From the NCBI GenBank assembly GCA_001777575.1, contig MFEL01000001.1:1-46718 (forward strand): a DNA stretch of 46,718 nt, read 5' to 3'. Of the stretch, positions 14,088 through 22,366 are shown piece by piece. The stretch comes from Candidatus Doudnabacteria bacterium RIFCSPHIGHO2_01_FULL_46_24. GTDB lineage: Bacteria; Patescibacteriota; Doudnabacteria; UBA920; O2-02-FULL-48-8. Numbering within the stretch: position 1 is the first letter of the stretch; every line of letters begins with the position of its first letter. The translations under genes and the position numbers were made by a program. The notes beneath the pieces were generated by a model. That model saw nothing but the letters and a program-made list of their open reading frames with translations, did not search any database and was not told the DNA's origin.

Positions 14088-14472
14088 TGCCTTTACGCTC
14101 CAGAACGGTTTTTAGCTTGCTAACCAGCTCTTCCAGCCGGTAATTGGCCTTGACCAGATAATCCATCGCACCCAGTGACAAGGCATCGGAAATTTTGTCG
14201 TAATCGGATAAATTGGTCAAAATCACGACCGGCACGTCCTTGGTGTCCGGGCTGGCTTTCATCTCTTTGAGCGCCGTGATGCCATCCATGCGCGGCATGA
14301 CCAAGTCCAAAAGCACCAAATCCGGCTTTTCTGCCCTCAGTTTGTCCAAGCCCTCCTGCCCGTCTTTGGCGCCGACGATCTGGAAGCCGGCCTGTTTCAG
14401 CTCCTCTGACAGCGCGGTTAATAGAATCTCCTCGTCTTCCACGATTAGTATCTTAGTGTTACTTGGCTTCAT
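14080..14472 (-). CDS. Single-domain response regulator (CheY-like receiver)
   Basis: 130 aa. ILIVEDE...DLVLLDLVMPRMDG...PVVILT...K pattern. Confidence 0.9.
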   Translation of the reverse strand: MKPSNTKILIVEDEEILLTALSEELKQAGFQIVGAKDGQEGLDKLRAEKPDLVLLDLVMPRMDGITALKEMKASPDTKDVPVVILTNLSDYDKISDALSLGAMDYLVKANYRLEELVSKLKTVLERKGNG

Positions 14473-14511
14473 CGTTTTGTTTCCTTTTTTATTGGATAAT
14501 TTACGTATATA

Positions 14512-14520
14512 ATTATAGCA
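14512..14520 (-). promoter_or_regulatory. Extended -10 promoter TGCTATAAT (two-component operon)
   Basis: Plus strand attatagca, about 40 nt upstream of the ATG at 14472. Confidence 0.55.
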
Positions 14521-14565
14521 TAAGTCTTGAAATATTGGAAGTTCTTATGGTAAACTGCCTTACGC

Positions 14566-14640
14566 GCCGAAGTAGCTCAATGGTGGAGCAGCTGTTTTGT
14601 AAACAGCAGGTTGTCGGTTCGAGTCCGACCTTCGGCTCCA
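14566..14640 (+). tRNA. tRNA-Thr (TGT)
   Basis: gccgaag ta gctc aatggtg gagc a gctgt ttTGTaa acagc aggtt gtcgg ttcgagt ccgac cttcggc t cca. 75 nt. Confidence 0.9.
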
Positions 14641-14652
14641 GAGTTAAGGTGT

Positions 14653-14739
14653 GGGCAGGTGGCAGAGCGGACAATTGCACCTGACTGTAAATCAGGCGCC
14701 CTTGCGGCTACATAGGTTCGAATCCTATCCTGCCCACCA
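14653..14739 (+). tRNA. tRNA-Tyr (GTA)
   Basis: Acceptor gggcagg/cctgccc, anticodon loop ctGTAaa, long variable arm (class II), T arm atagg ttcgaat cctat, CCA encoded. 87 nt. Confidence 0.9.
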
Positions 14740-14740
14740 G

Positions 14741-14768
14741 AAAAAATTCCTCTTTCGAGGAATTTTTT
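14741..14768. terminator. Bidirectional terminator between the tRNA pair and the TPR gene
   Basis: aaaaaattcctc tttc gaggaatttttt. Confidence 0.7.
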
Positions 14769-14774
14769 CTTGCT

Positions 14775-15611
14775 TTATATTTTCAGCTTCATCAATTTTT
14801 CCCGCGCTGCCCGACTTGTCGGCTCGATTTCCAAAATCTGCTCCAATGCCTGCTCAGCTTTGATGCCGTTGCCAGCCTGGATGTAAAGATCGGCAAGCAG
14901 GGTCAAGTAATGCAAATTTCTTCTGTCCAAATTAAGCGCTCCCCGCACCGCGGTCACGGCCTTGCCCAAGTCTTCCATGGCGGCAAAACAAAGGCCTAAG
15001 TTTATCCAGCGAGTCGGAATCTTGCTGTTTAGGTTCAGCGCTTTCTCATAAGCATTGGCCGCTTCGCGAAATTTTTTGAGGGAATACAGGCTCAAACCCA
15101 AATTGCTCCAATAAATGTCGCGGCTTGGGTCGAATTTGGTCAAAAAATCGAAGGTCTCTGCCGCATCCTCAAATTTCTTCTCCTGCAAATAAAGTCGGCC
15201 CAGGCCCTCATAAGCCTCGCGGTTTTGCGGATCGCGCTTGATAGTTTCCAAATATACCTCTTCGGGCGATTGAGCTCGGCCAGAATCCGGCAAGCTGTTG
15301 CTGACCTCCGGCAGCCAGTCTTGCTCCCGCTCGCTGGTTCTGATGCGAATCTTAAAGGCTTGTTTGACCTTGTCGACCGGATGAAAATCCATGGCCGGAG
15401 ACAAGTCCTTGGCCTCCAAAATAAAATGCCAAATTTTGCGCAAAATAAGCCGGGATTGCTTGAGTAAATACTGCCAAACCCAAGCTGTCGGCAGTGAAGA
15501 TGCTTTCGGCCGAAACTGGGGTCGGCTCACCGTTTCCGGCAGTTTGGATAGAAATAACGCAAAAATTCCCCCGATCGAAAACACAATGATTGTCCAGCCT
15601 AAGAAAGCCAT
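14775..15611 (-). CDS. Membrane-anchored TPR-repeat protein
   Basis: 278 aa. N-terminal TM helix and four or more TPR-like units (A..Y..A..L.P pattern repeated). Confidence 0.75.
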   Translation of the reverse strand: MAFLGWTIIVFSIGGIFALFLSKLPETVSRPQFRPKASSLPTAWVWQYLLKQSRLILRKIWHFILEAKDLSPAMDFHPVDKVKQAFKIRIRTSEREQDWLPEVSNSLPDSGRAQSPEEVYLETIKRDPQNREAYEGLGRLYLQEKKFEDAAETFDFLTKFDPSRDIYWSNLGLSLYSLKKFREAANAYEKALNLNSKIPTRWINLGLCFAAMEDLGKAVTAVRGALNLDRRNLHYLTLLADLYIQAGNGIKAEQALEQILEIEPTSRAAREKLMKLKI

Positions 15612-15617
15612 GCGATA

Positions 15618-16073
15618 TTACGAACCCAAGACATAGCGGGTAAACCTTCGAAGTTGGATATTCTCACCGAGTTTGCCCACAGTTTCAGCCACCAAGTCTT
15701 TGACTTTCTTCTGCGGGTCGCGGATATAATCCTGCTCCAAAAGCTCTGATACATCAACCGGATAAACGGCTGCGATCTGCATTGCGACTTCTTGGGCGAG
15801 TTTTTTGAACTCTTCGTTTCTGGCAACAAAATCCGTCTCGCAATTCAGCTCCAGCAGCACTCCGACCTTGCTGCCGGTGTGGACATAAGAGACAATTAAG
15901 CCCTCGCCAGCCGCGCGCTCGGATTTTTTGGCCATGGCCGCATGCCCCCGCTTTTGGAGAAGTTTAACCGCTTCCTCAAAATTGCCGGCTTCTTGCAGGG
16001 CTTTCTTGGCATCCATCATCCCCGCGCCGGTTTGGTCTCTCAATTTTTTTACATCATCTGTTGTAATTTGCAT
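15618..16073 (-). CDS. tsf: Elongation factor Ts (short form)
   Basis: 151 aa. UBA-like N-terminus [19 protein letters not shown] and core [19 protein letters not shown]. Directly downstream of rpsB. Confidence 0.9.
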   Translation of the reverse strand: MQITTDDVKKLRDQTGAGMMDAKKALQEAGNFEEAVKLLQKRGHAAMAKKSERAAGEGLIVSYVHTGSKVGVLLELNCETDFVARNEEFKKLAQEVAMQIAAVYPVDVSELLEQDYIRDPQKKVKDLVAETVGKLGENIQLRRFTRYVLGS

Positions 16074-16110
16074 TTTTTATTACTGTCTACTTATTACTAA
16101 TTACTATTTA

Positions 16111-16839
16111 TTATTCCGCGACAGCGGCGGCTTCCGTCACCGTCACCGGCGATTGGAGGCTGGCTTTGCCTTCGTTAATTGAACCGGCAACGGCTTGGGC
16201 CATAAACTCCAGGACCTTGATGGCGTCGTCATTGGACGGAATGAGGTAATCTACGCCAGACGGGTCAGAATTGGTGTCCACCAAACCGATGACTTTGACT
16301 TTGGTCAGCTTGGCCTCAGCGACGGGGATTTTGTCATATTTGACGTCGAGGACGAAAATCGCGTCCGGCAATTTCTTCAGCTCCTTGATGCCCGAGAAGA
16401 ACAATTTCATTTTTTCCACTTCCCGCGAAATCTGGAGCCGTTCTTTCTTGGTGTACTTGGCAATCTCGCCGGTTTCCATCATCTTCTCATACCTTTCCAT
16501 TTTTTTGATCGAGCGCTGGATGGTGCGGAAATTGGTGAAAGTCCCGCCAAGCCACCTGGTCACCACATAGGGCATGCCGCATGACAGAGCGGCGGCCTTG
16601 GTGACTTCTTTGGCCTGGCGCTTGGTGCCCACGAACAAAATCGTCCCGCCCTTGCTCGCCACTTCCTTGGCGAATTGCAGAGCAGATTGCAATTTCTTGC
16701 GGGTTTTCTCCAAATCCAAAATATGGATGTTGTTGCGGGTGGTAAAAATGTATTCCTTCATCTTGGGATTCCACAAAGAAGTTTTGTGCCCAAAATGCAC
16801 CCCGGCCTTCAGCATTTCCATTAGCGTAATATCTCTCAT
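16111..16839 (-). CDS. rpsB: 30S ribosomal protein S2
   Basis: The ORF track extends to 16953. S2 homology starts at MRDITLMEMLKAGVHFGHKTSLWNPKM. ATG at 16837-16839 (alternative at 16843-16845). Confidence 0.9.
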   Translation of the reverse strand: MRDITLMEMLKAGVHFGHKTSLWNPKMKEYIFTTRNNIHILDLEKTRKKLQSALQFAKEVASKGGTILFVGTKRQAKEVTKAAALSCGMPYVVTRWLGGTFTNFRTIQRSIKKMERYEKMMETGEIAKYTKKERLQISREVEKMKLFFSGIKELKKLPDAIFVLDVKYDKIPVAEAKLTKVKVIGLVDTNSDPSGVDYLIPSNDDAIKVLEFMAQAVAGSINEGKASLQSPVTVTEAAAVAE

Positions 16840-17002
16840 GAACATTCCCTTTCTTGGGAGGGTCGAAGACTTACTCCCCTTCTGCTTTCTTCGCCTGACA
16901 TCGGATTCTAGTATCATTAAACTAGAACAGGCCCGAAAGTCATCCAAAAGCATGTGTGATTAATTGCCTAAGGATTTTAACAAATATCTTTATAAATGGC
17001 AA

Positions 17003-17025
17003 GGGCGCGACCTGTGGCCGCGCCC
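17003..17025 (-). terminator. GC-rich hairpin after gene 17052..17510 (terminator-like, weak U-run)
   Basis: gggcgcg acctgtggc cgcgccc. Confidence 0.4.
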
Positions 17026-17051
17026 TGACTGAACCTGCCTGTTCGATCCGC

Positions 17052-17510
17052 TCAAGAACCGAACAGTTGCGTTCGTAGCTCCCCAAAGGTCATCCGGGCC
17101 ATGTCGCCAGACGCCAAGGGCTTCCCGAATTGGCGAGCGCACGCGGCACGAATATTCAACGCCTCTGGCCCAAGCGGAGTCTGCTCCGCGATTTGGTCAA
17201 CCGGGACTCCGGTGTGCTTGCTGACAAGCACTGCTAGCTCGACAATCAGAGACGACCGCGAGCGTGGCGGTCCCGTTTTCTGATGAAGATACGGCCGAAT
17301 CCATCCGATCTCGTGGATCAAGATGCCACCGCCCGGCTGCTGTTCAGCCGGATGCCAGTTCTTCCCGCCGTCAACCGTGACCTCGAGCCCGCTCTGGATG
17401 TTGCGCTCCCCGTATCGCTTGTGTTTCAGCCGGTCCTGTTCACGGCGCCACAGGTAACCGACAAACAAACTGACGACCATTAACACGACCAGTCCTGGAA
17501 TGGTGACCAT
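17052..17510 (-). CDS. Single-TM hypothetical protein with one Asp-box-like motif (G+C-rich island)
   Basis: The ORF track extends to 17585. Preferred start MVTIPGLVV, ATG at 17508-17510, preceded by acGAGGAGGatttc. TM helix followed by WRREQDRLKHKR. TVDGGKNW resembles the S/T-x-D-x-G-x-x-W motif. Confidence 0.55.
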   Translation of the reverse strand: MVTIPGLVVLMVVSLFVGYLWRREQDRLKHKRYGERNIQSGLEVTVDGGKNWHPAEQQPGGGILIHEIGWIRPYLHQKTGPPRSRSSLIVELAVLVSKHTGVPVDQIAEQTPLGPEALNIRAACARQFGKPLASGDMARMTFGELRTQLFGS

Positions 17511-17556
17511 GAAATCCTCCTCGTATTTATTCCGCCGAGCTTTGGCAGAATAAGTT

Positions 17557-17585
17557 ACTATAATCCTGTTGACTTTGCCAGTCAA
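17557..17585 (-). promoter_or_regulatory. Sigma70-type promoter for 17052..17510
   Basis: Minus strand TTGACT, 17 nt, TATAGT. Its -35 box is the palindromic partner of the rpmE -35 box. Confidence 0.5.
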
Positions 17586-17597
17586 ATTTGATATGAT
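17569..17597 (+). promoter_or_regulatory. Sigma70-type promoter for rpmE
   Basis: TTGACT, 17 nt, TATGAT. The ATG follows 9 nt after the -10 box. Confidence 0.5.
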
Positions 17598-17606
17598 TTA
17601 AAAACC

Positions 17607-17837
17607 ATGAAGAATATCCATCCTCAATATTTCAGTACCTCAAAAGTAGTTTGCGCTTGCGGCAACAGCTTTACGACCGGCTCGACTAAACAGGAAATGC
17701 ATGTCGAAATTTGTTCGAATTGCCATCCATTTTACACCGGAAAGCAAATGTTGATTGACACCGCAGGCATTGTCGAGAAATTCCGCTCGCGCGCGGCCAA
17801 AGCCAAAATCAAGTTGCCTAAGAAAACGAAGGCTTAG
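17607..17837 (+). CDS. rpmE: 50S ribosomal protein L31
   Basis: 76 aa. MKNIHPQY...C.CG......T......[13 protein letters not shown]. Confidence 0.92.
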   Translation: MKNIHPQYFSTSKVVCACGNSFTTGSTKQEMHVEICSNCHPFYTGKQMLIDTAGIVEKFRSRAAKAKIKLPKKTKA

Positions 17838-17847
17838 ATACACAAAA

Positions 17848-17887
17848 ACACGCCGAATGAGATATACTTATCTTAGGCGTGTTTTTA
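17848..17887 (+). terminator. Rho-independent terminator after rpmE
   Basis: acacgcc ...agata tact tatct... ggcgtgt followed by ttttt. Confidence 0.7.
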
Positions 17888-17962
17888 ATTTTCAAGTAGC
17901 AATTGTCAATTGAAAACTGAAAATTAATTGGAAATTGAAACTTGTAAATTGATAATTATTCT

Positions 17963-19033
17963 ATGAAGCCGCAATTCCAACAATTAAAAAAGAACTATGA
18001 CCAGCTGCTGGAAAAACTTTCCGGCACTACTGATCCCAAAACTTTGGCCGAGCTTGGCAAAAAGCAAGCCGAGCTTTTGACGATGGTCGAAAAGGTTAAA
18101 AAGTTAGAAAAGTTAGAAAGTGAAATAACTGACCATGGAAAACTTATCGCAGAAGGTGGTGATTTAGCTGTAGTCGCCAAAGATGAACTGCCACGACTGC
18201 AAAAACAGGCCGAGGAACTTGAGCGGGAACTAAATAAGGCCATGCTGCCCAAAGATCCGTATGATAATCATAATATCGTCATGGAAATCCGAGCCGGCGC
18301 CGGCGGCGATGAATCAGGACTGTTCGCCGCCGAATTGTTCCGCATGTACGCCAAATATGCCGAAAGGTTAGGCTACAAAGTGGCTATTGCTTCATCGAAT
18401 CGCACGACAATTGGCGGCTTCAAGGAAATTATCTTCGAAGTCCTGGCGAAGCTCGCCGAAGCCTCGGCGAAGGCGGGGCCATACTCCAAGTTTAAGTATG
18501 AATCCGGCGTGCATCGGGTGCAAAGAGTGCCGGAAACGGAAAAGTCGGGTCGGGTGCATACTTCCACGGCCACAGTCGTGGTTTTGCCCGAAATCGAAGA
18601 ATCGGATTTCAAAATCGATCCCAAAGACATCAAAATTGAAGCTACAACTTCTTCGGGCCACGGCGGTCAGAGCGTCAACACGACTTATTCGGCAATTCGA
18701 GCTACGCACATTCCGACCGGGATTATCGTCTCTATCCAGGATGAGCGAAGCCAGTCCCAAAACAAAGAAAAAGCTTTGAACATTTTACGCGCTCGCGTGC
18801 TGGCGTTAGAAGAAGAGAAAAAATCCAAGGAACTACGCGATAAAAAACGCTCGCAAATTGGCACCGGCGACCGCAGCGAAAAAATCCGAACCTACAATTT
18901 CCCGCAGGATCGCATCACCGACCACCGCATCAATCAAAACTTCAGCCAAATCCAAAACATCATGGACGGTGCGCTTGAAAAAATAATTGCCGCACTGGCA
19001 GCCGAGGATCAGAAACGCTTGTTAGAAAAATGA
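17963..19033 (+). CDS. prfA: Peptide chain release factor 1
   Basis: 356 aa. RVQRVPETE (PxT-type tripeptide region) and [11 protein letters not shown] (GGQ). Confidence 0.93.
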   Translation: MKPQFQQLKKNYDQLLEKLSGTTDPKTLAELGKKQAELLTMVEKVKKLEKLESEITDHGKLIAEGGDLAVVAKDELPRLQKQAEELERELNKAMLPKDPYDNHNIVMEIRAGAGGDESGLFAAELFRMYAKYAERLGYKVAIASSNRTTIGGFKEIIFEVLAKLAEASAKAGPYSKFKYESGVHRVQRVPETEKSGRVHTSTATVVVLPEIEESDFKIDPKDIKIEATTSSGHGGQSVNTTYSAIRATHIPTGIIVSIQDERSQSQNKEKALNILRARVLALEEEKKSKELRDKKRSQIGTGDRSEKIRTYNFPQDRITDHRINQNFSQIQNIMDGALEKIIAALAAEDQKRLLEK

Positions 19034-19081
19034 CAAAAGTTTGTCATTGGAAATTGGGAATTTGACATTCTTACTTACAGC

Positions 19082-20008
19082 ATGACCATCCGCCAAGCTC
19101 TTAGCCTCCATCCCGACGCAGCCATTCTTTTAAGCTTTGTATTGAAAAAAGACCGTGCCTACCGGCAGGCAGGCAAGGCTTTTTTGTACGCAAACCCCGA
19201 AAAACAGTTGCGTCTACGCAAACTACGTGGTTTGCGCAGACTCATCAAACAGCGCCAAGCCGGCTGGCCGGCGGCCTACTTGACCGGCGAAAAAAAATTC
19301 TATGGCTTGAAATTTTTTGTGAACAAAAATGTCCTCATCCCCCGCCCGGAAACCGAAGGATTGGTTGAGCTGGTGTTATCACGTATCACGAAACACATAC
19401 CACGTATCAGAATTCTTGATGTCGGCACTGGCTCGGGGTGCATAATTATTTCTTTGGCACGCAACCTGCAACCCGCAACCTGCAACCTGTTTGCCTCTGA
19501 TATTTCCTTGCAAGCTTTGACTGTTGCCAAAAAAAATGCCCGCCGGCATAAAGTCAAAATCGCCTTCCGGCAAGGTGACCTTCTTAACCCTTGGGTTGGC
19601 CGAAAATTCGACATCATTGTTGCCAATCTCCCCTATCTGGCCAAACTCGAGCATCCATCCATAAGGTTTGAGCCCAAACAAGCCTTGATCGCCAAAAAAA
19701 GAGGCTTGGCTTTATACGAAAAACTGTTTATTCAAATTGCTCAAAACTCCTCCCCTACCCCTCCTCTAAAGAGGAGGGGTAAACTGCAAGCTAGTTCTTC
19801 AGGTAAAGCGTTGGGTTCCTCTCCTCCACAGGAGGAGAGGTTAGGTGAGGAGGGGCAGGGTCCAAAGCTTATTTTCCTCGAGTTTGACCCAAGACAAACA
19901 TTGCAAATCAAAAACCTGGCGCGGAAACACCTGCCAGGCTTTCAACAAAAAATATTCAAAGATTTGTCTGGCCACAACCGGTTTATGCGTCTTTCTTCTC
20001 GTCTTTAG
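19082..20008 (+). CDS. prmC: Release-factor glutamine N5-methyltransferase PrmC/HemK, with a 40-codon insert
   Basis: 308 aa. SAM motif ILDVGTGSG, catalytic IVANLPYL (NPPY variant). Directly downstream of prfA. Extra segment at about 19745..19864. Confidence 0.88.
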   Translation: MTIRQALSLHPDAAILLSFVLKKDRAYRQAGKAFLYANPEKQLRLRKLRGLRRLIKQRQAGWPAAYLTGEKKFYGLKFFVNKNVLIPRPETEGLVELVLSRITKHIPRIRILDVGTGSGCIIISLARNLQPATCNLFASDISLQALTVAKKNARRHKVKIAFRQGDLLNPWVGRKFDIIVANLPYLAKLEHPSIRFEPKQALIAKKRGLALYEKLFIQIAQNSSPTPPLKRRGKLQASSSGKALGSSPPQEERLGEEGQGPKLIFLEFDPRQTLQIKNLARKHLPGFQQKIFKDLSGHNRFMRLSSRL

Positions 20009-20684
20009 TCTTGTCTTCGGCTTTCTCTTCTGCCGCTACCCCGTCCACCACTGCTTCCGGCTTGATGACACCCTCAACTTTAGTCACATCCTCAGCCACC
20101 GGCGCTTGTTCCAACTCTTTCAACTCTTCCTCTGACCTTGGCGGAGCCACGTTAACGACCATATCATCCGCATTGGTCAAAATTTTTACTTTGTCCGAAA
20201 CCATAAGCCCAGAAACCCTGAAAGCCTGATTCAGTTCGGCAAGTTTGGAAATATCCAGTTCAATAAACGGCGGCAAATCCGCCGGGAGGCATTCCACTTC
20301 CACTTCCTGCAAATTTTTGACCAACACGCCGCCCAAATTCTTGACTGCCGGCGATTCACCCACAAAATGGAGAGGGATTTTCGCGTGCAGTTTCTCGGTC
20401 ATGTCCACGGCGTAAAAGTCGACGTGCTGCACATAATCGCTCAAAAAATGGTTCTGCACTTCGTGGATAAGGACCGGCCGGGCTTGTCCATCCACCACCA
20501 AATTGATAAGTGTGCTCTCGCCGGCCTTCTTGAACACTTTCAAAAAATCTTTTTCATCCACTTCCAAGGAAGTGGCTTCAACATCGTGGCCATATAAAAC
20601 CCCCGGCAGTTTGCCGGTCTTACGTAAATTACTAACTTTTTTGCCAGTGGTATTGCGCTTAGTCGCAGCAAGTGTCATTTCCAT
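19983..20684 (-). CDS. rplY: 50S ribosomal protein L25/Ctc
   Basis: The ORF track first codon (20688-20690) is TTG. The first ATG is at 20682-20684 (MEMTLAATKRNTTGKK..LR..GK.PGVLYG). Acidic C-terminal tail. The 3' end overlaps the prmC 3' end (convergent). Confidence 0.88.
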   Translation of the reverse strand: MEMTLAATKRNTTGKKVSNLRKTGKLPGVLYGHDVEATSLEVDEKDFLKVFKKAGESTLINLVVDGQARPVLIHEVQNHFLSDYVQHVDFYAVDMTEKLHAKIPLHFVGESPAVKNLGGVLVKNLQEVEVECLPADLPPFIELDISKLAELNQAFRVSGLMVSDKVKILTNADDMVVNVAPPRSEEELKELEQAPVAEDVTKVEGVIKPEAVVDGVAAEEKAEDKTKDEKKDA

Positions 20685-20701
20685 AGCCAAAACAGTTTAT
20701 C

Positions 20702-20725
20702 AAAAAACCCTTGCTTATGCAAGGG
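20702..20725 (-). terminator. Rho-independent terminator after 20727..21083
   Basis: Minus strand cccttgc ataa gcaaggg followed by tttttt. Confidence 0.7.
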
Positions 20726-20726
20726 C

Positions 20727-21083
20727 TTACGCTTTCAAAGCAACCCGGAAGTCCCCGTCAAAAACTTTCAAAAACTGGTGCATGGCCAGGACGTCATCCG
20801 TGCTCAACGCCCGGGTGTTTTTGAAACGCGTCGTATCAATAGAGGTCAGGTCTGTCACCATGCCGACTGAAAAAATCTCCGGCCCATCAATAGCGATACT
20901 AAACACCACCGAGCTTTTGCATCGCTCGCAGTCAGTGTGGACCAACAGGTTGGCTCCCACTTGCGGCTTATTCTCCCGGGAGTCGATAAGCTTCGTCTGT
21001 TCCAGATTGTAGCGATATCCACAGATCGGGCATTTGAGAATGTATGTCAGCCACTCGATAATCTTTTTGAAATCGCTCTTCAT
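20727..21083 (-). CDS. Hypothetical zinc-ribbon protein
   Basis: 118 aa. CPICG...(26 aa)...CERC. Confidence 0.6.
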   Translation of the reverse strand: MKSDFKKIIEWLTYILKCPICGYRYNLEQTKLIDSRENKPQVGANLLVHTDCERCKSSVVFSIAIDGPEIFSVGMVTDLTSIDTTRFKNTRALSTDDVLAMHQFLKVFDGDFRVALKA

Positions 21084-21265
21084 AAGATAATTGTAAAGTC
21101 GATAAACTTAGGCGTCAACCCAGTAATACAACTTCGATTGTTTTTGCAGCCAAATGGTCAAAGTTAAAGCTTTGAGCGGCAACAATCTAGTTTTTATTTA
21201 TGACCAGCGTCCAATCAGACAAAAAATATTTAGACCATTTATCGAAGTTGATATACTGGGTCAAA

Positions 21266-22366
21266 TCAACCGCCAAATCTTATGACTTTCTGGCGGGCGA
21301 CGATGCTTTGGACAATCCCCAAAGCCAAAAAAGTCGTGATCAGCGAGCTGCCGCCATAGCTAAGAAGCGGCAGAGGGATTCCTGTGACAGGCAACAGCCC
21401 CAAATTCATCCCGATGTTAACCAGCGCCTGAGTCAGCATCATGAAAAACACGCCCAAGGACAAATACATGCCGAAATTGTCTCTCGAAATTTGCATGGTT
21501 TTCAGCAGGCGGAGAAACAGTATCAGGAATGCGATAAGGATGATGCTGCTGCCGATAAAACCGAGCTCTTCGGCTGTGGAGGCAAATATGAAATCCGTCT
21601 GGCGCTCAGGCAGAAATTTCAACTGGGACTGCAGTCCCCGCCCCACTCCCCTCCCCAAGTATTGGCCACTGCCCACGGCAATAATGGATTGCAGAACGTT
21701 ATAGCCTTGGCCTTGAGGATCAGCCGTTGGATTTAAGAAAGTATGGATCCTCTGTTTCTGGTAATCGTGCAGTACTGACGACCATGCCAAAATCGCGGCA
21801 ATCAGAAACGCCAGAAACAGCCACAGCAGATGAGTTTTTTTGACTTTGGAAAGCATGAGCATGCCCGCCCAGGTAAAAAAAATCACCAGCGCGGTGCCCA
21901 GATCCGGCTGGATGACAATCAGACCAAGCGGAATAAGTACATACATAAGTGAAAGCAGGACGTAGGGGAAGCTTTTGATTTTTTCGCCGTACTGGTCCAA
22001 AACCTTGGCGGTCACGATAACCAAGGCCAATTTGGCAAACTCCGCCGGTTGGAACCGAAAAAAACCCAGGTCAATCCAGCGAGCCGAGCCCCGGATGGGT
22101 TCGGCAAACCACCAAACCACAATCAGCGCCAAAACAATGAAGAGGTAGATATAACCTGTGGCTTTCTTGAGGTTGCGGTAATCGTACATGGCCAAGGCGA
22201 ACATCAGAATAAGCCCGACGAAGGCGAAAACGACCTGGCGATAAAAAAGGCCGGCTCCAGCTTCATAAGTATTGGAATATATCATCAAAAGACCTAAAAG
22301 CAGCAGTAGAACACTGCTGCCAAAAAGGACTAAATCAAAATACCTAAAAACGCTGAGCTTGTTCAT
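21266..22366 (-). CDS. FtsW/RodA/SpoVE-family peptidoglycan glycosyltransferase
   Basis: 366 aa, about ten TM segments. SEDS motifs FQPAEFAKL, PDLGTAL, and GLLPVTGIPLPLLSYGGSS near the C-terminus. Confidence 0.88.
   Translation of the reverse strand: MNKLSVFRYFDLVLFGSSVLLLLLGLLMIYSNTYEAGAGLFYRQVVFAFVGLILMFALAMYDYRNLKKATGYIYLFIVLALIVVWWFAEPIRGSARWIDLGFFRFQPAEFAKLALVIVTAKVLDQYGEKIKSFPYVLLSLMYVLIPLGLIVIQPDLGTALVIFFTWAGMLMLSKVKKTHLLWLFLAFLIAAILAWSSVLHDYQKQRIHTFLNPTADPQGQGYNVLQSIIAVGSGQYLGRGVGRGLQSQLKFLPERQTDFIFASTAEELGFIGSSIILIAFLILFLRLLKTMQISRDNFGMYLSLGVFFMMLTQALVNIGMNLGLLPVTGIPLPLLSYGGSSLITTFLALGIVQSIVARQKVIRFGG

Noticed and set aside
16840-16960. Structured rpsB leader (S2 autoregulatory pseudoknot)
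   Set aside because: I saw a 7-bp hairpin (ttctagt...actagaa) but could not identify the conserved features of the known rpsB leader by eye, so no call was made.
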